Source of the DNA: Thermoplasmatota archaeon
GTDB lineage: Archaea; Thermoplasmatota; Penumbrarchaeia; Penumbrarchaeales; Penumbrarchaeaceae
DNA length: 56,474 nucleotides
Assembly: GCA_965234725.1 (NCBI GenBank)
Contig: CBDDUX010000024.1
Location: forward strand, 1-56,474
Direction of reading: 5' to 3'
Below are positions 55,569 to 56,474 of the stretch, piece after piece (the stretch's first letter is position 1; each line of letters starts with the position of its first letter). Both the position numbers and the translations under genes were made by a program. The notes beneath the pieces are model-generated. The model worked only from the letters and a program-made list of their open reading frames with translations. It was not told where the DNA came from and searched no databases.

Positions 55569-56144
55569 GTGCGTTTGCCAGAATATTACCTTGATATAGA
55601 GACAACAGGATTGGATCCAAAAGAGGACCAGATAATTACTATCCAGTATCAAAGACTCGGAATGGTCTCCGGTAGGATGGAAGGGCCTCTTCATATATTG
55701 AAAGCCTGGGAATCCTCAGAGAAAGAGGTATTGGAGGTCTTCCTTCCTGTTTTCAACAGCGGAGGACCGTTCTCATTCGTTGCGATCGGCACCAACCTAC
55801 CATTTATTTACTCTTTCATTGTGGAAAGGGCAAGGATACACGACCTTGATCCTCCCGACCCATTGTATCTAATGGGAAAGAAACCCTATCTCGACCTAAA
55901 ACCCCTTCTGGTCATGATGAACAAGGGTAGTTTCAAGGGTGCATCGCTTGACACATTCATGGAACTGAGTTACAGAGGGGAAGAGATACCCAGATTCTAT
56001 TTCGATAAGGATTATAATAGGATCATATCCTGCATTACAGAAGAAGCGGAAAAGTTCCAGAAGCTCTATCGACATCTCAAGGAGAGAGCTCCTTCATTGG
56101 TCCTAGCAAAAGGGCATCTCCAGACCACCCTGGATACGATCTGA
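55569..56144 (+). CDS. RNase H-like DEDD 3'-5' exonuclease fold protein (YprB/RNase_H_2-like), possibly degenerate
   Basis: YLDIETTGLDP ExoI motif, SEKEVL..F, IG.N, YLDL; GAGGTGA RBS before the GTG start. Confidence 0.75.
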   Translation: MRLPEYYLDIETTGLDPKEDQIITIQYQRLGMVSGRMEGPLHILKAWESSEKEVLEVFLPVFNSGGPFSFVAIGTNLPFIYSFIVERARIHDLDPPDPLYLMGKKPYLDLKPLLVMMNKGSFKGASLDTFMELSYRGEEIPRFYFDKDYNRIISCITEEAEKFQKLYRHLKERAPSLVLAKGHLQTTLDTI

Positions 56145-56368
56145 TCGTGTTTTATATCAGAATGAAAAACGATCTCAAGATCCATTCCCAAATAGTCAAT
56201 TTATCAGCTAATCTCAGAGGCTCTAATGTACCGTTTTTCGATTAATGGAATATACACACCCTCACCCTTTTATAACATTGTTGTAATAATTTCTTACGAT
56301 TTGAAAACTCGTATGTTTTCAATGGAGAGGTGGACCCTCACATTCCAAGGTCAAAAGGAGATGGAACC

Positions 56369-56474
56369 ATGAACGGACGAAACAAGGAAAAGATCTCCGC
56401 AGGTCTCGCGTTAATGATTTTCTTTGCAGCTTTTACCACGATTGCCCTGATGGACAGGACCCACGGTACCAACG
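56369..56474 (+). CDS. 5' end of an exported protein (truncated by the window edge)
   Basis: GGAG RBS; MNGRNKEKISAGLALMIFFAAFTTIAL is signal-peptide-like; frame open to the window end. Confidence 0.55.
   Translation, partial: MNGRNKEKISAGLALMIFFAAFTTIALMDRTHGTN

Noticed and set aside
969-55694. Numerous short overlapping or antisense ORFs in the track (e.g. 38484-39194, 10315-10890, 13058-13585, 42720-43265)
   Set aside because: They are shadows of well-supported genes, with Ser/Ile/Pro-rich antisense composition and no recognisable motifs
56322-56372. 16-codon uORF (MERWTLTFQGQKEMEP) overlapping the 56369 start
   Set aside because: Too short and without independent support
1-56474. Visually frequent GATC tetramers
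   Set aside because: Cannot be quantified by eye and can be explained by codon usage (GAT/ATC); no methyltransferase in the window

Overview
Gene-dense archaeal chromosomal segment. Evidence for archaeal origin: PolD small subunit DP1, AglB oligosaccharyltransferase, a COG1395-type HTH regulator, TATA-box promoters and GGAG/AGGTGA ribosome-binding sites. Assignment to Thermoplasmatota is an inference from protein style, not proven. The window opens with a VapBC-type toxin-antitoxin pair. It carries housekeeping genes (galU, hflX, DP1, argF, gamma-carbonic-anhydrase family), a 1747-aa Lhr helicase, a divergent DHH phosphoesterase and a type IV pilus-like ATPase/TadC/TadC set with a downstream TPR/zinc-ribbon operon. 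About half the window encodes large exported or membrane-anchored proteins (PKD, carboxypeptidase-regulatory-like, beta-helix/Ig, BNR/Asp-box, TSP3-like), clustered around a giant 2538-aa AglB. The most notable non-coding observations are: (i) five GT-N3-AC boxes at exact 21-bp spacing between a tandem ribbon-helix-helix (CdrS-like) gene and the divergent DP1 gene; (ii) related half-sites and two strong hairpins between that gene and hflX; (iii) a two-hairpin candidate small RNA between argF and the HTH regulator; (iv) an unlisted 55-aa ORF at 54834-55001. No CRISPR array, rRNA, convincing tRNA or transposase was seen. All family calls come from motif recognition by eye; no database search was run.
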